A stretch of DNA of 60,764 nucleotides, counting the filler, from Platydemus manokwari (Eukaryota): assembly GCA_037951405.1 (NCBI GenBank). It is 6 parts of 6 records of this genome, joined end to end, with 100 filler letters (N's around TTAATTAATTAA, not from the genome) between each part and the next. Parts side by side here need not be neighbours in the genome. Positions count along the whole stretch, not along the records: positions 10,278 to 21,955 come from JBBMOY010529996.1; positions 22,056 to 31,046 come from JBBMOY011318205.1; 4 more parts are not named here. One strand, 5' to 3'. The notes beneath the pieces were generated by a model. The model did no database searches, was not told where the DNA came from, and saw nothing but the letters and a program-made list of their open reading frames with translations. Both the position numbers and the translations under genes were made by a program. Positions 14,130 to 27,900 of this stretch are shown here, one piece after another (within the stretch, counting starts at the first letter, position 1; the number at the start of each line of letters is the position of its first letter).

Positions 14130-14651
14130 TTTAGGATTGGAATGAAAGACTTGCCCGATAGAAAATAATATTTATTAAACCAATAAAGAAAATATGTAAA
14201 TTGAGAAATATAAACAAAACATCATTCATCTGTAAATCTGAAATATTGAAAACAGTCACTTTTAAGGTCCACACATTTTTGCCATTGTTCAGGAATTTGT
14301 TTTATGCCGTTTTCATAGAATTCCGTAGGTTTTGAAGCGAACAACTTTTTCAAATCATCATCAACCTCTTCAGTGGAGTGATACGTTTTCCCACGAAGTG
14401 AGTTTTCATAGGAGAAAACATTCGATAGTCTGAATGGGCGAGGTCAGTAGAGTATGGTGGATGCGATATTACCGTAAAACCGATCTCAGTAAGATTATGC
14501 TATTAAAATAAATATTTCTTCATAAAACATTGAAATGTTTTTAGATTTACAGACGATTGGTGTTTTGTTTATATTTCCAATTTACATATTGTCTTTAGTG
14601 GTTAAATAAATATTATTTTCTATCGGACAAGATTTTCGTTTCAATTCTATA
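14130..14651 (-). mobile_element. Mariner-derived MITE with about 120-bp inverted arms and a transposase C-terminal core
   Basis: 14130-14250 and 14530-14651 are reverse complements. The core encodes HPPYSTDLAHSDY on the minus strand (YSPDLAP.D motif). Confidence 0.85.
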
Positions 14652-15719
14652 CTTTGAGTTTTGCTATTTTATCATTACTCAAAATGAAATCTAATTCGGA
14701 TTTAGAATCTAAAATATATTCTGTTACTATTGTGTTAATAAATCAATGAAAGCAAATGATATGTATACATTTCCGCAGTAATTAAATAACGTTTTAGAAT
14801 TTCAAGAATGTTATGATCCCGACTTCTAACATGCTCTTCAATTAAGATAAAATTAGATAAAATAGACTCCATGATTATCGGGAAGGTTTCATTAACTGAT
14901 TTATATCATTTTTTGCTGATATATTGTATAAACAGATTTGTTAATGATTTTAATTAAGTTTTTTTATTCCTGTTATCGGGATTCCAGTTTTTCTTACAAA
15001 AAACGAGAAAAGTTCATTGGTCCTTCTCATTAATTCGCGACTCTTATAAACCATTTGGAATTAGAGAATGTAACACTAGTTTGATTGAATATTTTGCCCT
15101 GATCGATCATCATTTCTCTTGTATCAATATTTACGTAACATTCAATTTTCAATTTGACCGGATCGTTTTTGATCAAAAATATCTTTAACATAAACAACTG
15201 GTTATTATGCTCAGTTATATTTAGCACAAATCACTATAGAATCTCCTGGAAATTAAAATTTGAACTCATTCAACAACATTTGTTGCACAATTAAAAAAAT
15301 CTTTTGTCTTTTATAAAATTTGCAACTTAATTCCGCCAGACATCTTTTTCCAATAATCTGTTATATCAAGTGCCAACACGTGTATCCTAATTCAGGAACA
15401 TTCAACATAACATAAATATTTACTTTCCAATGTCTACAACACATGTTGCACCGAAAAGCAAAAAGCATTTCTTGTAAACTTAAGAATTACGAGTTTTATT
15501 GAAACAGAACTGGATTTGATTTTGTAACTTAAAAACTTTACTGCGACTAAATTTTGAAAATTAGATATTCGGGTCAAATATTTCCTTTCAGACTTGTTTA
15601 AAGTGTCTGTAAATTCCAAAATCAAATAATATTTTTTACCATATTTGTGAAAGTTGTGAAAACCTTTAATTTACAGAATACTGAAAGACTAAGACATAAT
15701 AATTATATTGATTATAAAC

Positions 15720-17700
15720 TTGTGCACAGAACCATATGACCACGGTTATAAAAACAGATGATTAGAGCCATTTATCTTGACACTAAAACCTCTTATTGTT
15801 ATTATGATTTATAAAATTCGCCTATACACATCCACCATGAAATCAATTAGGGTTGCTCTCTGAAGATGACACTCATTTACCTATGTCTAGATTTTCTATT
15901 CACCACATTTGCCAATCTTCCTGAATCAATAACTGGACATGGAATGCCTTTCTCCACATTAACACAAGCCATTGATTTTTTCATCATAAGAAACTCCGGT
16001 GAATACCTTGAACCCTGACTTAACCACTTAACCAGACTTACATTCAATCTGCACTTAAACTTCAATGTCCAAAAATGTGTCTATTACCACCAACCCACTT
16101 GAGAGCATAGATCTATCTATTAATATATCCACAGTAATTAACGCCTCCAACTTTTATAAATACATAGGAGTCTCATCTCATCTATAACTATGACACTTAA
16201 AAAAATCTTTAAATTCCACTTGGGCCCATCATAAATATTTCAAGTCTTTAACACCATTCGAATCTACCTTATCATTTCAGAATTCAGCAGATACAGACTA
16301 CATCTCACTCTTTTGCACAATCTCTTGTATCCAATGACAACACCAAGTCTTAAGCTTTCTACTAAAAGATGCCATCAATTTCTGGGGAAATTTTTAAAAT
16401 ACATGGCTGCAAATTCACAAATCGACCTTTTCCATTAACCACAGAAGCTCAGAGAACTTGTTCTCAGGTCTTCACTGCTTGATTATTGTATACAAAGTAG
16501 CATATTGAGTTCCCTTCATTTGTCATAATTCAAATAGTCCAGATAACTCAATATAAATTAACATTACTCACCCACCCAAATTTTTCAGTTCGCTCCACCG
16601 GCTAAGTGATAAAACACCCTCAATAAATGCCCTACTAAGCCATTTTGATGGACCAAAATCAAATATTCTATCAGAAAACTCCAAAAATGGTATCAATATC
16701 AATCTTCAATACGATAATTTCTGAATACATCTTACGCAGATTAAACCTATTTCTTCCAAAACTCTGAAATTTTTCATGATTTTTTTACAATTGGTTAACC
16801 ATCAAAGAGCAAACCGAGTGTGTCCACTATTTTACCGTATCTTATAGATACAAAAACCTCCGAAAAATAACCATCTCATGCCTGAAGTATGGATTTTCAC
16901 TCAAAGAGTTCGAGATAATCTGCTAAAACTTAATTATTACTAAGATTTCATAAGAATCGGCCCTTAATATTGGTGTAATAGGCTTTTGGGACCCACATAA
17001 CATCAAATTACTTGAATTCATACGATTAACTAAAAAAGGATTTCAAATTTATCTCGATCCTCCTTATTAGTGAAATCTTAAAAGACACCCACTCAACCTA
17101 CCTTTACAATACTGACAACCTTAAGACATGGGGCAACAAATCCTATACACAATTAAAATACTTAGAGCCCGTCACACCTTAATTAACATCACATCGTTAA
17201 AATTAATAATTAAGTAATTTAATTTCAACATTACCTTCCAATATCCCAAAACTTTACAACGTGAAAAGGATAAAATTATTTGTATAGACAAAATATTACC
17301 CAATATTTCAACTCCAAAAACCTCGACTATATGAAAACCTTCCATGAAAAGCTTTCGAGCCACCATTCAAACACTGGATACGATATCAGACACATAAACC
17401 AGATAGCCCAAATCATCACATTCAACTGATAAACATCGAACAACATCCAATCCAACTAAAAGTCTACGCCCTTTCAAGCTCATATTGGCTTACACTACCT
17501 TTACCATTGATGTTCCATCAGACGAGTATGAGAAAAAATTTTTATAGCCTGGCTGAAAACCATCCTAAATTACTTGTTTTACTCACGGAATCTACTCTTT
17601 CGTAGACTCTTGAATGAAAGGATATAAGATTCTTATAATACCCAAAATCTATTTCGACAATACTTGGATGAACATACAAAGAAATGGCCTTAAGTCCAAA
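15720..17700 (+). other. Putative endogenous viral element: decayed Mononegavirales-like L protein (RdRp C-terminal region and PRNTase capping domain)
   Basis: Plus-strand fragments collinear with rhabdovirus L: LPESITGHGMPFSTLTQAIDFFIIRN (from 15917), DLSINISTVINASNFYK, FKSLTPF, FWG..IHG, AY(W>*)V, then PPKFFSSLHRLSDKTPSINAL with HR at 16596-16601, then NININLQY. The tract has a marked C-over-G skew compared with its flanks. Confidence 0.65.
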
Positions 17701-19312
17701 TAAAAGCTTTAAAAAATTTATTTAATTTCAATATGAGATTGAAAATTGATAAATAAATATAAAATTTTTCATTTAAAATATTCAATAAATTTATATGAAA
17801 AAAACAAATCAAAACACGAAATATTTTGGCTGTACATCACAAATCAGTTTGTGTTAAAAATAGGCATATGGCAACTTTTTATATTAATTTCTAGATTCTT
17901 ATTTCTTTTTCTGTTTACCATTCAATTTCATGAAATATTTGTCGCGATTTTCAAATATTTTGTTATTTCTATTATTAGTAGTATTTACTTTTATTTATGG
18001 TTTTAAAATATTTTGTTGCTGACAAAGAAGACTTCATTATAATCATTAATTTTCAATCTTCAATGGAATGCACAATACTGATGATGTTAAAATATGTTTT
18101 TAATTATTTAATTAAAAATTTTAAATTATTTAATAAGAAAATGTTAATTATTAAATTAACTTTAAGTCAATAAGATATTTTAAAATTATATACATTTATA
18201 ATTGGCCATTCATGACAATGCGAATATTTTTTGTAAAAAATGTAGACTATCCAATTAAATCCAAAAATATTTTTATAACAGGTTAGATGATAACTTCAAA
18301 TGATTTCGTTTATTTTATATAAGAACATTCTTTTTAATTAGCCAACAACTGGCTTTCGCTTCTTGAAAAAACACATCACAGTTTACGTTGGATTTGTAAT
18401 TTTAATTATAGCATCTTAAAATAGTTAAATATGATATAAAAAAATCATTGAAATCAATCTTCGTCGATTTTTTCTCTCACCAAATATAAGATCTTAAAAT
18501 AGAATAATTATGAAATAATGTTAATTATACATTACAAATTCGTCAAAAATTGTAAACAATCTTATTTGAAAAGCCGACCAGACAGTGTATGTGCCACTTT
18601 TCATGGATTTTCAATGAAATTTTGTACTGATAATTTGCAATCGCCAACGATATGATGTGTCAAATAGTTTCCCAAGGAAATAAAAAAACTGAATTTTTCA
18701 AAAACGCTTTAAGAATTTATTGAAGACCTTAGTTTTATTACCAAGAACATTTTCGATAAAATCTAATGTTGAATTCAATTGAAAATTGCCCCAATAAGTC
18801 GACTATGATTTTATTAAACACAAAAACCGCAAATTGTCTAGGCTACTGAGTCAAAATGTTTGTACTAATCCCTCGGCACAAATCGACAAGACACCTACGC
18901 TAAAGACATCTAAAGGCAAACTAAAAACTTAAAAAATGATTTGGCATACAAACACGCATGCTTGTTTAAATGTAGTTTTTTGGTGTAATTTTTGTATGTT
19001 TATGTGGTTCTTTCGATTGCATCATTTCATTCATTAGGGTTCGATCATGTTAGTGTGTTTAAGTTTGTATTTGAATTTTAAATATTGGTCTCTGTGTGTT
19101 TATGCGTATTTTGATTTGTACATAGTCAATGTGTATAATACAGTTTTCAATTTCGTGATAGCCGAATAAGTTAATATTGACACGATGGATGGATAATCAT
19201 ATCCTCCAACCAATAGAGATTAGTTTTGTTCAGAGCTAACAAGTGAATTGAAGAAATCCCAATATATTTCTCGTAAACAAATATCCAGTGTTATCTAATC
19301 CAGAGTTTTCTA

Positions 19313-19322
19313 CCTATAAAAA
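19313..19322 (+). promoter_or_regulatory. Candidate TATA box upstream of the TIMP-like gene
   Basis: CCTATAAAAA lies about 130 bp upstream of ATG 19446. Confidence 0.35.
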
Positions 19323-19445
19323 CACATTTCACAAAGCAATTTTTCATTTTTTAAATTTCTGGATATTCCAATAACAACTTTGATTTGGGCTGTTGATAAT
19401 TATGGAGAACCCGACCCTATCAAATATCAGTGTGGGTCTGAAAAC

Positions 19446-19662
19446 ATGAAATTTACAATTAACTCTTTAATTACTCGTACATCAGGCTCTATTTTCTCAT
19501 ATTCCATATCTGCTTGGTCGATTACTGCATTATTCTTTTGTGTAATAATTTTGTTGGCAACTCATACTCAGTCGGTCTTGAGCTGGCAGCCTAATGAAAT
19601 GGAGAGATTCTGCAGCTGTGGATTACAAGTACCTCAACAAAAATTTTGCGAGCATGACTTCG
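19446..19662 (+). CDS. TIMP: TIMP/NTR-family metalloproteinase inhibitor-like gene, first coding exon
   Basis: A hydrophobic signal-like segment is followed by CSCGLQVPQQKFCEHDF, matching the TIMP consensus C.C...HPQ..FC.(S/A)D. A phase-1 GT donor follows at 19663. Later exons were not found in the contig. Confidence 0.8.
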
Positions 19663-21864
19663 GTTAGATTTGGAAATTATTTTTTCTTATGTTGGATTAT
19701 CTTTGGATTTGGGAACAAATTAAGAGTTTGAATTCAGGAAATAAAATTTCGTAAGCAAAAGTAAGCTAAAAATAATCAAGGAATTCTGAAATTGATTATT
19801 AAAATTGAACAAATCAAAAACCATAGGTTATTTTATTACAAACTCAAGATTAAAAATAAATTTACAATTTAATTACAGGAATTATTCAAATTTTTTCTCA
19901 CTTTTTCTGTTAGGATACAAATATAAACTAGTTCTATTAACCAAGATTTAATAAAAATTATATAATTAATTATATATTGACAGGAAAAATTTTACTATCT
20001 AAAAATTAAGTAAATTGAATACTACGTTTCTATTAAGCTCAATTATGTTTATTTTTCATCGAGTTTTTCCATTTATAAATAAATACAATGAACAACAGGA
20101 CTTATTTCATATGAATTGGAAACTATATCATCAAGTTCCAGGTATTAATAACTATAAAATCAGTATATTTATATTTAAACAAAGTCTGCAATCTTAATTA
20201 AAAAATGTTCTCAATTTAAATTTATCGAATTTAAATTTTAAAGATTTTAAAAGAACATAAAATGAAATTTGTATTTCGTTTATTATTTTTGGTTAGTCTA
20301 ATGAATTGTAAATTTAATGAAAGCCAATAATCTAAATATGTAACGGTTAATCCATATGCATAATGAGATCCGAGTATTTCTGGGCGTTAGATAACTTATG
20401 CCACAATTTTAGGATAAAATCAAGATAGATTTGTAACCATTTAATGAACAGTTTCTGCAGTTTGTCTGTTAAAATCATATTAACTAGTGTCACTTTTTTA
20501 AAATTATATTTTTTACTTAAAAATGCAATTTCTTAATTTCTGATTAAAGCTTATATCAATAGTAGATTTATCGATTCTTTTTTTAAGTTTGGCATTTATT
20601 CGTCATGTGCATTTAGTTATTTTAATAGAAGAAGCAAAAATAATTTGTAAATGATATAGATTTCTGTGAATTCCTAATCATGAGAATAATAATTTAATAA
20701 TTACTAAAAATGATTTAATAATTTGGTAATTTAGTTCTATAATCTAACAAGACATTGAATTCAGACACAGTATCCAATCTTTTCTAGATTATCATACTCT
20801 TTGTAAAACATCTTTTGGGTATTATTTTAAGAATGAAAATATTTGTGAATGTGACTCCATCATTTTTACACTGAATGAAGGCGTTAAAAATGCTAGTAAA
20901 TATCCACATATGTAGATTTCACAAAGTTACTTGTTTTGTGTCTCTTTTCATTTAAGTACCTGGACTTATGAATTAGAATTAAAACTGAGCTATTTATCAA
21001 TTTTGTTTACGAATATATTTTTATTTTTATTTGTTATTGATGTTTTTCATTTACTCAATTTACAATCTTTTATTAAAGTCATTGAATAAATTAATTATGT
21101 TGATAGCAACACTGATCAATCATAAAAGCCGAGGATTTAGTGACCAAAAATAGAATCGATATTGAACAATGCAATATCAAAGGTTGAATGAAAATAGTAC
21201 ATGACCTTTGAAAGGATTTTCGTAAACTTTAATTAGATTGGATAAATTTTCTTGTGTTATCTCTGAAAATTTTTCGATAATTTTCCTAATTGATCAACAT
21301 GGGCAAAATTGACCATCAACTTCTAATTCGCCATTTGTTGTCCACAATTATGCATGGGAAAATATTTTGAAAATTTTGATAAAATCTGATAAATTCATCC
21401 TTTAGTATAAATAATTGATATAATTAATAGTTTAAAAATCCACCTATTTTATGTTCTGTAAAAAATTTCAAAAATATTTGTTTATTAAAATGTAATTAAA
21501 TTAATATTTATCAATACCATCGTAAATTTAAAATTCCAATTTAGAAAATTTTTAAATATTTATCTTCTTAATATTGATATTTATTCTAGCTTATTCAAAC
21601 TCCCAGTATTGATCAAGATGCTATTAACTAGTGTAATCCAACGACATTGTTTAAATTTATGATTTAGTTCATTTATAATATCTTATTTCATTAAATACAT
21701 TGTCGAAAGATAATGAAAAACATTTAATCAACCATTAAAATAAAACGAGATTCTTCTCTAATATTTGTGCATTACTAAATAATTATTCTTTTTGTATAAT
21801 TACGGTTTTCGACCTATTTTCGAGTATTCAACGAAAAGGTTTTGAAATAGTATTTTTCTAGATT

Positions 21865-21886
21865 ATAATAATAATAACAAAAATAA

Positions 21887-21955
<69 letters not shown>
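21865..21955. repeat. (AAT)n microsatellite at a contig end
   Basis: Direct reading of the sequence. Confidence 0.95.
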
Positions 21956-22329
21956 NNNNNNNNNNNNNNNNNNNNNNNNNNNNNNNNNNNNNNNNNNNNT
22001 TAATTAATTAANNNNNNNNNNNNNNNNNNNNNNNNNNNNNNNNNNNNNNNNNNNNAAATTACAGGTTGCTATGTAACCATAGCAATAATCTGGGTCAAGG
22101 CGAAAGTGCCCCCAGAGTATAATAAAGCCAAACAATTTTTCCAAATCATGTGATTAAATCAATATATTGACAATAAATATTGACAATACAAAATGATCTT
22201 TCGCACATATTATCCCATACTAGTGGGTAAAAATGATTTGGTAAATCGCAATGTTTCTATCAGAATCCCGGACTAGCTCCTCTATAAGGCTAGTTGATAA
22301 TTTATCTACTTTTATATAAATCGATAATC

Positions 22330-23400
22330 TCGTACAAGTATCATTCAAGTGAAATCATCGTTGTATTTACACAACAATTAAGAGAGAATTTATCACGAAT
22401 TAGTCAATCTCGAATAAATCACATCATTAATGCAGGCATATACCTTCGATTATTTTAAAATGATATAAAGTAATACTCAACCATTCGATGGAGTTATTTC
22501 TCTTTCTTTATCGCATTCCTACCATATTACACTTCATTAAAACAAATCGTTTATTTATCTATATTTATATTGTAATATATTTATCTTGTTGTCATGAATA
22601 CCAGAAGGAATATCGATCACATTTTCAGAATTGCCACAACATAACTTAATCAATGCAATCAAATGTCTGAGAATACAAATCAATTCACGGATTCATATCA
22701 AACTATGACGAAACCTAATTAAGTTCAATACGAGATATGACGATTATTAAAATTTAAAAATTAATTTAAAAATTTTTTCAAACACATCATTAAAACAAAA
22801 ATTCTAATTGGTAATTTTCAGTTAATTTAAAATTTGTCTTGTCAAGATGGACGATCATTTGTTTGGAATCATCTGTTTATTGGAGATGTATTCTATATAT
22901 TCATTAAAGTAAATCGATAAATTAGAATGATATAAGTGACGATAACACAAAATATTGACAATCATGATCGAGTATTGATTCCAATTTATAGATATCAATA
23001 AAGGAGCACTGGATACATGCTCACAGTAATTATATATTACCGTTAGGAACCGTAACTCAATGATGCCATTGATATATGAGAATTCATCACCGTCTATGTG
23101 GAATAATTTTGCCATATTTTTATTTGTATCTTCAATTATTTTTCTCGACTTAAACAACGATATTAATAATTCTGATGTAGGATATTTGTTTGAAAGAATA
23201 TATCTCAGTAAACAATAGATATTTATCCATAACAACCACATGGAAGGCTCCAGCAACAAAATGAAAAGAGACAGCAAATATCTTCTTATTTATCTTATTT
23301 TTAATAAATAATCCAGAGAGTACTTTTAGCAATTTATTGGAACAGGTCATTGAAAACTGGCAAAACCATTTTCTAGTTTTAAGCAAGATTTATAAATACT
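22330..23400 (-). pseudogene. Putative decayed class A GPCR (TM3-TM7)
   Basis: Fragments in GPCR order, with frameshifts: KWFCQF (ECL1 Cys), AVSFHFVAGAFHVVVMDKYL (DRY-like DKY at 23227-23219), APLLISINWNQYSIMIVNIL (TM5), KKEK.LHRMV (ICL3/TM6), SLNCCVN (TM7 NSxxNP-like). Confidence 0.5.
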
Positions 23401-24473
23401 CGACTTCATTCTCGACGCCATTTAAGCTCTTACATCATTGGTTTGTGTCGATGAAATATTTTTGATGAAAATTTAATTAAATTTAAAATAGGTTTGGCTT
23501 TATAATCGCTGGGTTTTTGGATTTCGTGATTACGACTAACAGGTGCCTTAATAATCAAATTGAAGTTGAAAATTAGTATTATTATATGTGATTCTGGGTT
23601 AGAAAATGCATGAAATAGTGCAAGACATTAAAGATATTCAACGACAAAGGAGTTGCATAATATCTATTTTTATATTCGAATATATAAATGGGAATTTTTA
23701 TGCAACTTTATCTCTCAAACATTGTGGGGGGGGGGGTAGAATTATAATTTGATGAAATTCCCGTTGATAGAAATGTGAAAATTATGAAAATCATAACAGA
23801 TCCAATTATAAATATTGAAAAATACATCAAATCAGATGTTGACGTAGCCTAAAGGGACTGCATCATAGAATTGAATTATTTATAAAGGGAGATTATTTTG
23901 TCATTTGGAGCTTCCCTGGTCACCAAATTCAATAATGTCAGCAGATCAATATGAATCCAATAAATTAGAAAGTCACAAGTTCTCGAGTACAAATTCATCA
24001 CAACTTAATTCCTACAACAATAACAATACACCATATTTCATGGCTGAATAGCAGCTATACAGCACTATCCATTATTTAAGTTCTTGTGAGCCGATGGAGA
24101 ATGATTTTTGAATGAAATGATTTGATGATGTGGTGGCGGTAAAAGTATAAAATAATCAAAAGTCTTTCAACACAATTCGTCAATTTATAGTTATTCTAAA
24201 ATCTAAAAAAGCAGTCGATTTGATACGCATCTTGAATGAGAAGGTTTTAACATTGATAGTGCATGACCTTTATAACTGTGACTCGTATTAGCCCATATCA
24301 GCAAGATACAGACCACTACAGAAAAATATTTGAAACAGAATTTCTTTCTCTCTCCAAAAGTAAATGGATCAACTAATCGATATCAAGAAAACCCAGCGAA
24401 AATAACAACAAAAACAATGAAAAAATTGTTCAATATCGATGTTTTGAACCCAAATTTCGTATATCGTGCGATT

Positions 24474-24933
24474 TATAAGTCCCCGTCACCAAATCTAAAA
24501 TAAAACAACAATCACAATATAATTTATACTCACATATTTATACTCATTGATATTAATCATTATTCACTGATTGATGTACTTTATTTCTTATTTCTTATTA
24601 ATCAGTTGTATTATTACAATATGACAGAAGCAGCTGGTGATGTTAAATTTTGGCTTGCGAATGGAGTGGTTATAATTAGCCATGCAATAACCAAAGCTTG
24701 TCAAGAATTTCAACAACATTTCAATAGTGTACCACCAGCTAGGACAACAGTGCAATATTGGAAATAGGAGTTTGAAGAAACTGGAAACTCACCCACCGTC
24801 TGATAAAATCATGAAGGGAAAGTTTGGAGCAAGATGGTGAACATTTTGAACATCTGCTATGAAATTGCTTATTATTTACCATCATTTGTTCTTACTGTTA
24901 TTTTATTTTAGTTTTAGAGACGGAGGGTATATA
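24474..24933 (+). mobile_element. Internally deleted Tc1/mariner-superfamily element (DUF4817-type HTH; maT/rosa-like)
   Basis: An N-terminal CQEFQQHFNSVPPARTTVQYWK*EFEETG segment lies close to the C-terminal LEQDGEHFEHLL*. Imperfect TIRs of about 35 bp with TA ends. Confidence 0.75.
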
Positions 24934-27900
24934 TAGTATCACGCGTGCGGCACCGGGCATTTAAGACCTGTTATTGTTCAATTTCATTTAGTTAAACATT
25001 ATTAATTCCTCTAAGAAGTCGTATTTCCTTTTCCAACACAAATATACTAGTTACCAGGTTAGAGTCTCATTCATTATCGGAATTAACCATTATTATGAAA
25101 ATTTGTTTTTTAAAAGTTTCATCCAATTTTGAAAAGATAATTGGGCAGAAAATTCAAAATATTCAATTATCGATTAAAAACATAAAACTTTAGTTCAGAT
25201 AAATTACAGAAGAAGATAATGAAGAGGAAATAAGGGTTTATCTCAAATAAAAAATAGAAAACTTTGGAATTTTGTGTAAAGATTTTTAATACCCATAATA
25301 AAAACATACTAACAGTACATAACAATCATTAATATTAACGTCATTGGATTAATAATTTGCTATTCCGCATAAAATATTAATGAGAAAGATATTTATTCTG
25401 ATTAAGTACTATGCTACTAAAAACATAAATGCATATAAAATCTATTCAGGTGAAGTCAACGCTGTGAGGAGAATATATTTTCAATATCAACAATGAAACT
25501 GTCAATAGCAATTCCTCCAAAAACTGGTTACTAAATTACTTTACCCAACAGAAGAAAAATATTTTCTAAACACACCATTCGAGTTGGGAATGACTTAGTC
25601 TTTGACGATATCTCTCTTTCAGTAAGCAATGATTTTAAAATATCAATCAATATTATTTCAAACTGGATTCATTCTCATTTCAATTAATATTGGAATAAAA
25701 TTACTCTCCATCTTATGAAATTTTGAGGCGAACAATTCGATAAATATATGTCATTTGATAATTGGCAGATAAATGTAGACAAAAAAATGACTTCGTTAAA
25801 GATTCGATCATGTTCAGAGCAAAGGCAATATCAGAATGATTTTTGTCAAACATGTTTGATGACAAAAATAAAACAAAAACTTTGTAATAATGACTTGGAT
25901 GTCGCTAAAATCACTTCTATAGAATAGAAATACTAGCTTAGCGAGATAAAAGGGTAACTATTGAGTATGGTTACGAACAATAGTCTTCAACCATTTTAAT
26001 AATATTATAATCGATAATCAAAATTTCTTCAAAAACATAACTTATAAAACCTTGTATAAGGTGACTGAAATACAGATTTTTATATCGGCGAAAGCTAGAA
26101 GTAACTTCCTCTGTAGATTAAGTCGAAATGATTTCTGTGATTTGTCAGTAGAGTGATAATCATAGAGAAATCAAGGAAATGTTGTGTATGTCATCCAGGC
26201 TAGAGGGTCGACAAATGATTGTGATGCAACAGTTGTATACATCTCTTCTAATTAATCTAAGCTTTAATCCATTGACAGTGGATAATTCGACTAGTTTCTC
26301 TTGTAAGAAATTTCCATTTTTAATAGGATCATTGAGAGCGTTTGAAATTAAATTAAAATTTTTATAGATAAAATTTTATATAAAATCTAATTTGGTATAA
26401 AATATTTTTGTATTAAATCAAATTAATTGGTTTAAATATAATTGGATGTTGTGACTTTTCACTTCGTTTTCGATGGATTCTTTATAAAATAGTACCGGCC
26501 TTCAATCAATAAACTTACCCAATGTTTTCTACGTTCTCTGTAAGCAACTAATGATTGAGAACAAAAGAATCTTAATGACACAGATCATCACGAATATATA
26601 AAGATTTAAAAATAGCTATATTTCGATTTATTAAAGAGAAAATTTCCGTTAATCATGATTGTTAGTCGCTTCTATTTAAAAAAAACCCACACACTAAAAA
26701 AACGAACTGAAAAGTCAAGACACAACAAATCTCTTTAAATCCTAATATTTAAACAAATAAATCTAATTTTATATTAATGTGATTTTTTATAAAATTAGAA
26801 TTAAATGTGACTTAAAATTGTTTTGAATTATATTAAAATTTAATTCATATAAAATATCTCACATCTCCCTTTCTTTAAATCTTTGATCTTGTTAATTGTC
26901 TCTGTATCGAATACTCTACATAATTAATTACATGAAAACTCTAATTCTTCTACTTTTTTAAATATTTTCTTTATAACTCCTTTATAATGATATAACAACA
27001 GTTTTGCAAAAAAGAAACGCTTTAATTCTCAATTTTTGAAATAACCAGATCATGTCTGGATTTTTGAAAAATGAAATATGAATTGTAAACGATTTGTTAA
27101 AGCATTAATAAATCTTTCTTTTTCGAGAAATTCAACTAATCAACAGATCAGTTTGACTTCATAATCTCGTCAGTAAATCGTTTTCTTTTAAGGAGATGAT
27201 TTATCGGTTAGTGATGAAGATTGTCTCATAAATTTGCTAAAAAATTATTGATTAAAACGGTATACTATTAATAAATTTAAAGGAAATGAAGTAATTGATT
27301 GATTTTTATTGCCTCGGTTCATTGGGTTTGCTAGATCTCCTCGTACTATGTAATATATTTTAAGTATGAGGAGATATAGGGTAATGCGTGTAGAGTTCTT
27401 AAATTTACACATACAGAACTGAGTATTTTTACAGACATTTTAATTTCCATAATTCTATCTAGCGCGTATAGCCGGTTTAAATATCTTAAAGTGATTTTAA
27501 TTAAAAAGAAGTTACGTGTATTCAAATCTGTGACATATATCTACTATCTGTAATCATTGCCTTATATTTAGAAAACTCACGGTTGAAGAACACGTGATAC
27601 ATTTTTCAAAGGCTAAATATTTAATAGACTAAATTAATAAAAGAAATCTCAACACCTCTGAACTTTCATGTAACTCTAACAAAGAAAATATTTAAGTTTC
27701 GTTATTGACTAATAGATTTCTGACTACATGAACGTTTACTCCATCCAATATCTAGCAGTTTAATTCGATTTCAAACACCAAATGATTATTAAAAGTCAAG
27801 CATTTGTACTTCTAGTGGTAAAAACTAAATAAAGGCAAAAAGGGCTTATTAGAGAAATAGAATATTTATTCCACTCAGAATATAAAGCATCTGGATAAGT

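Noticed and set aside
23760-24060. Hydrophobic SDLMYFSIF segment as TM1-TM2 of the 22330-23400 GPCR remnant
   Set aside because: The spacing to TM3 is too long and the motifs are too weak to include it.
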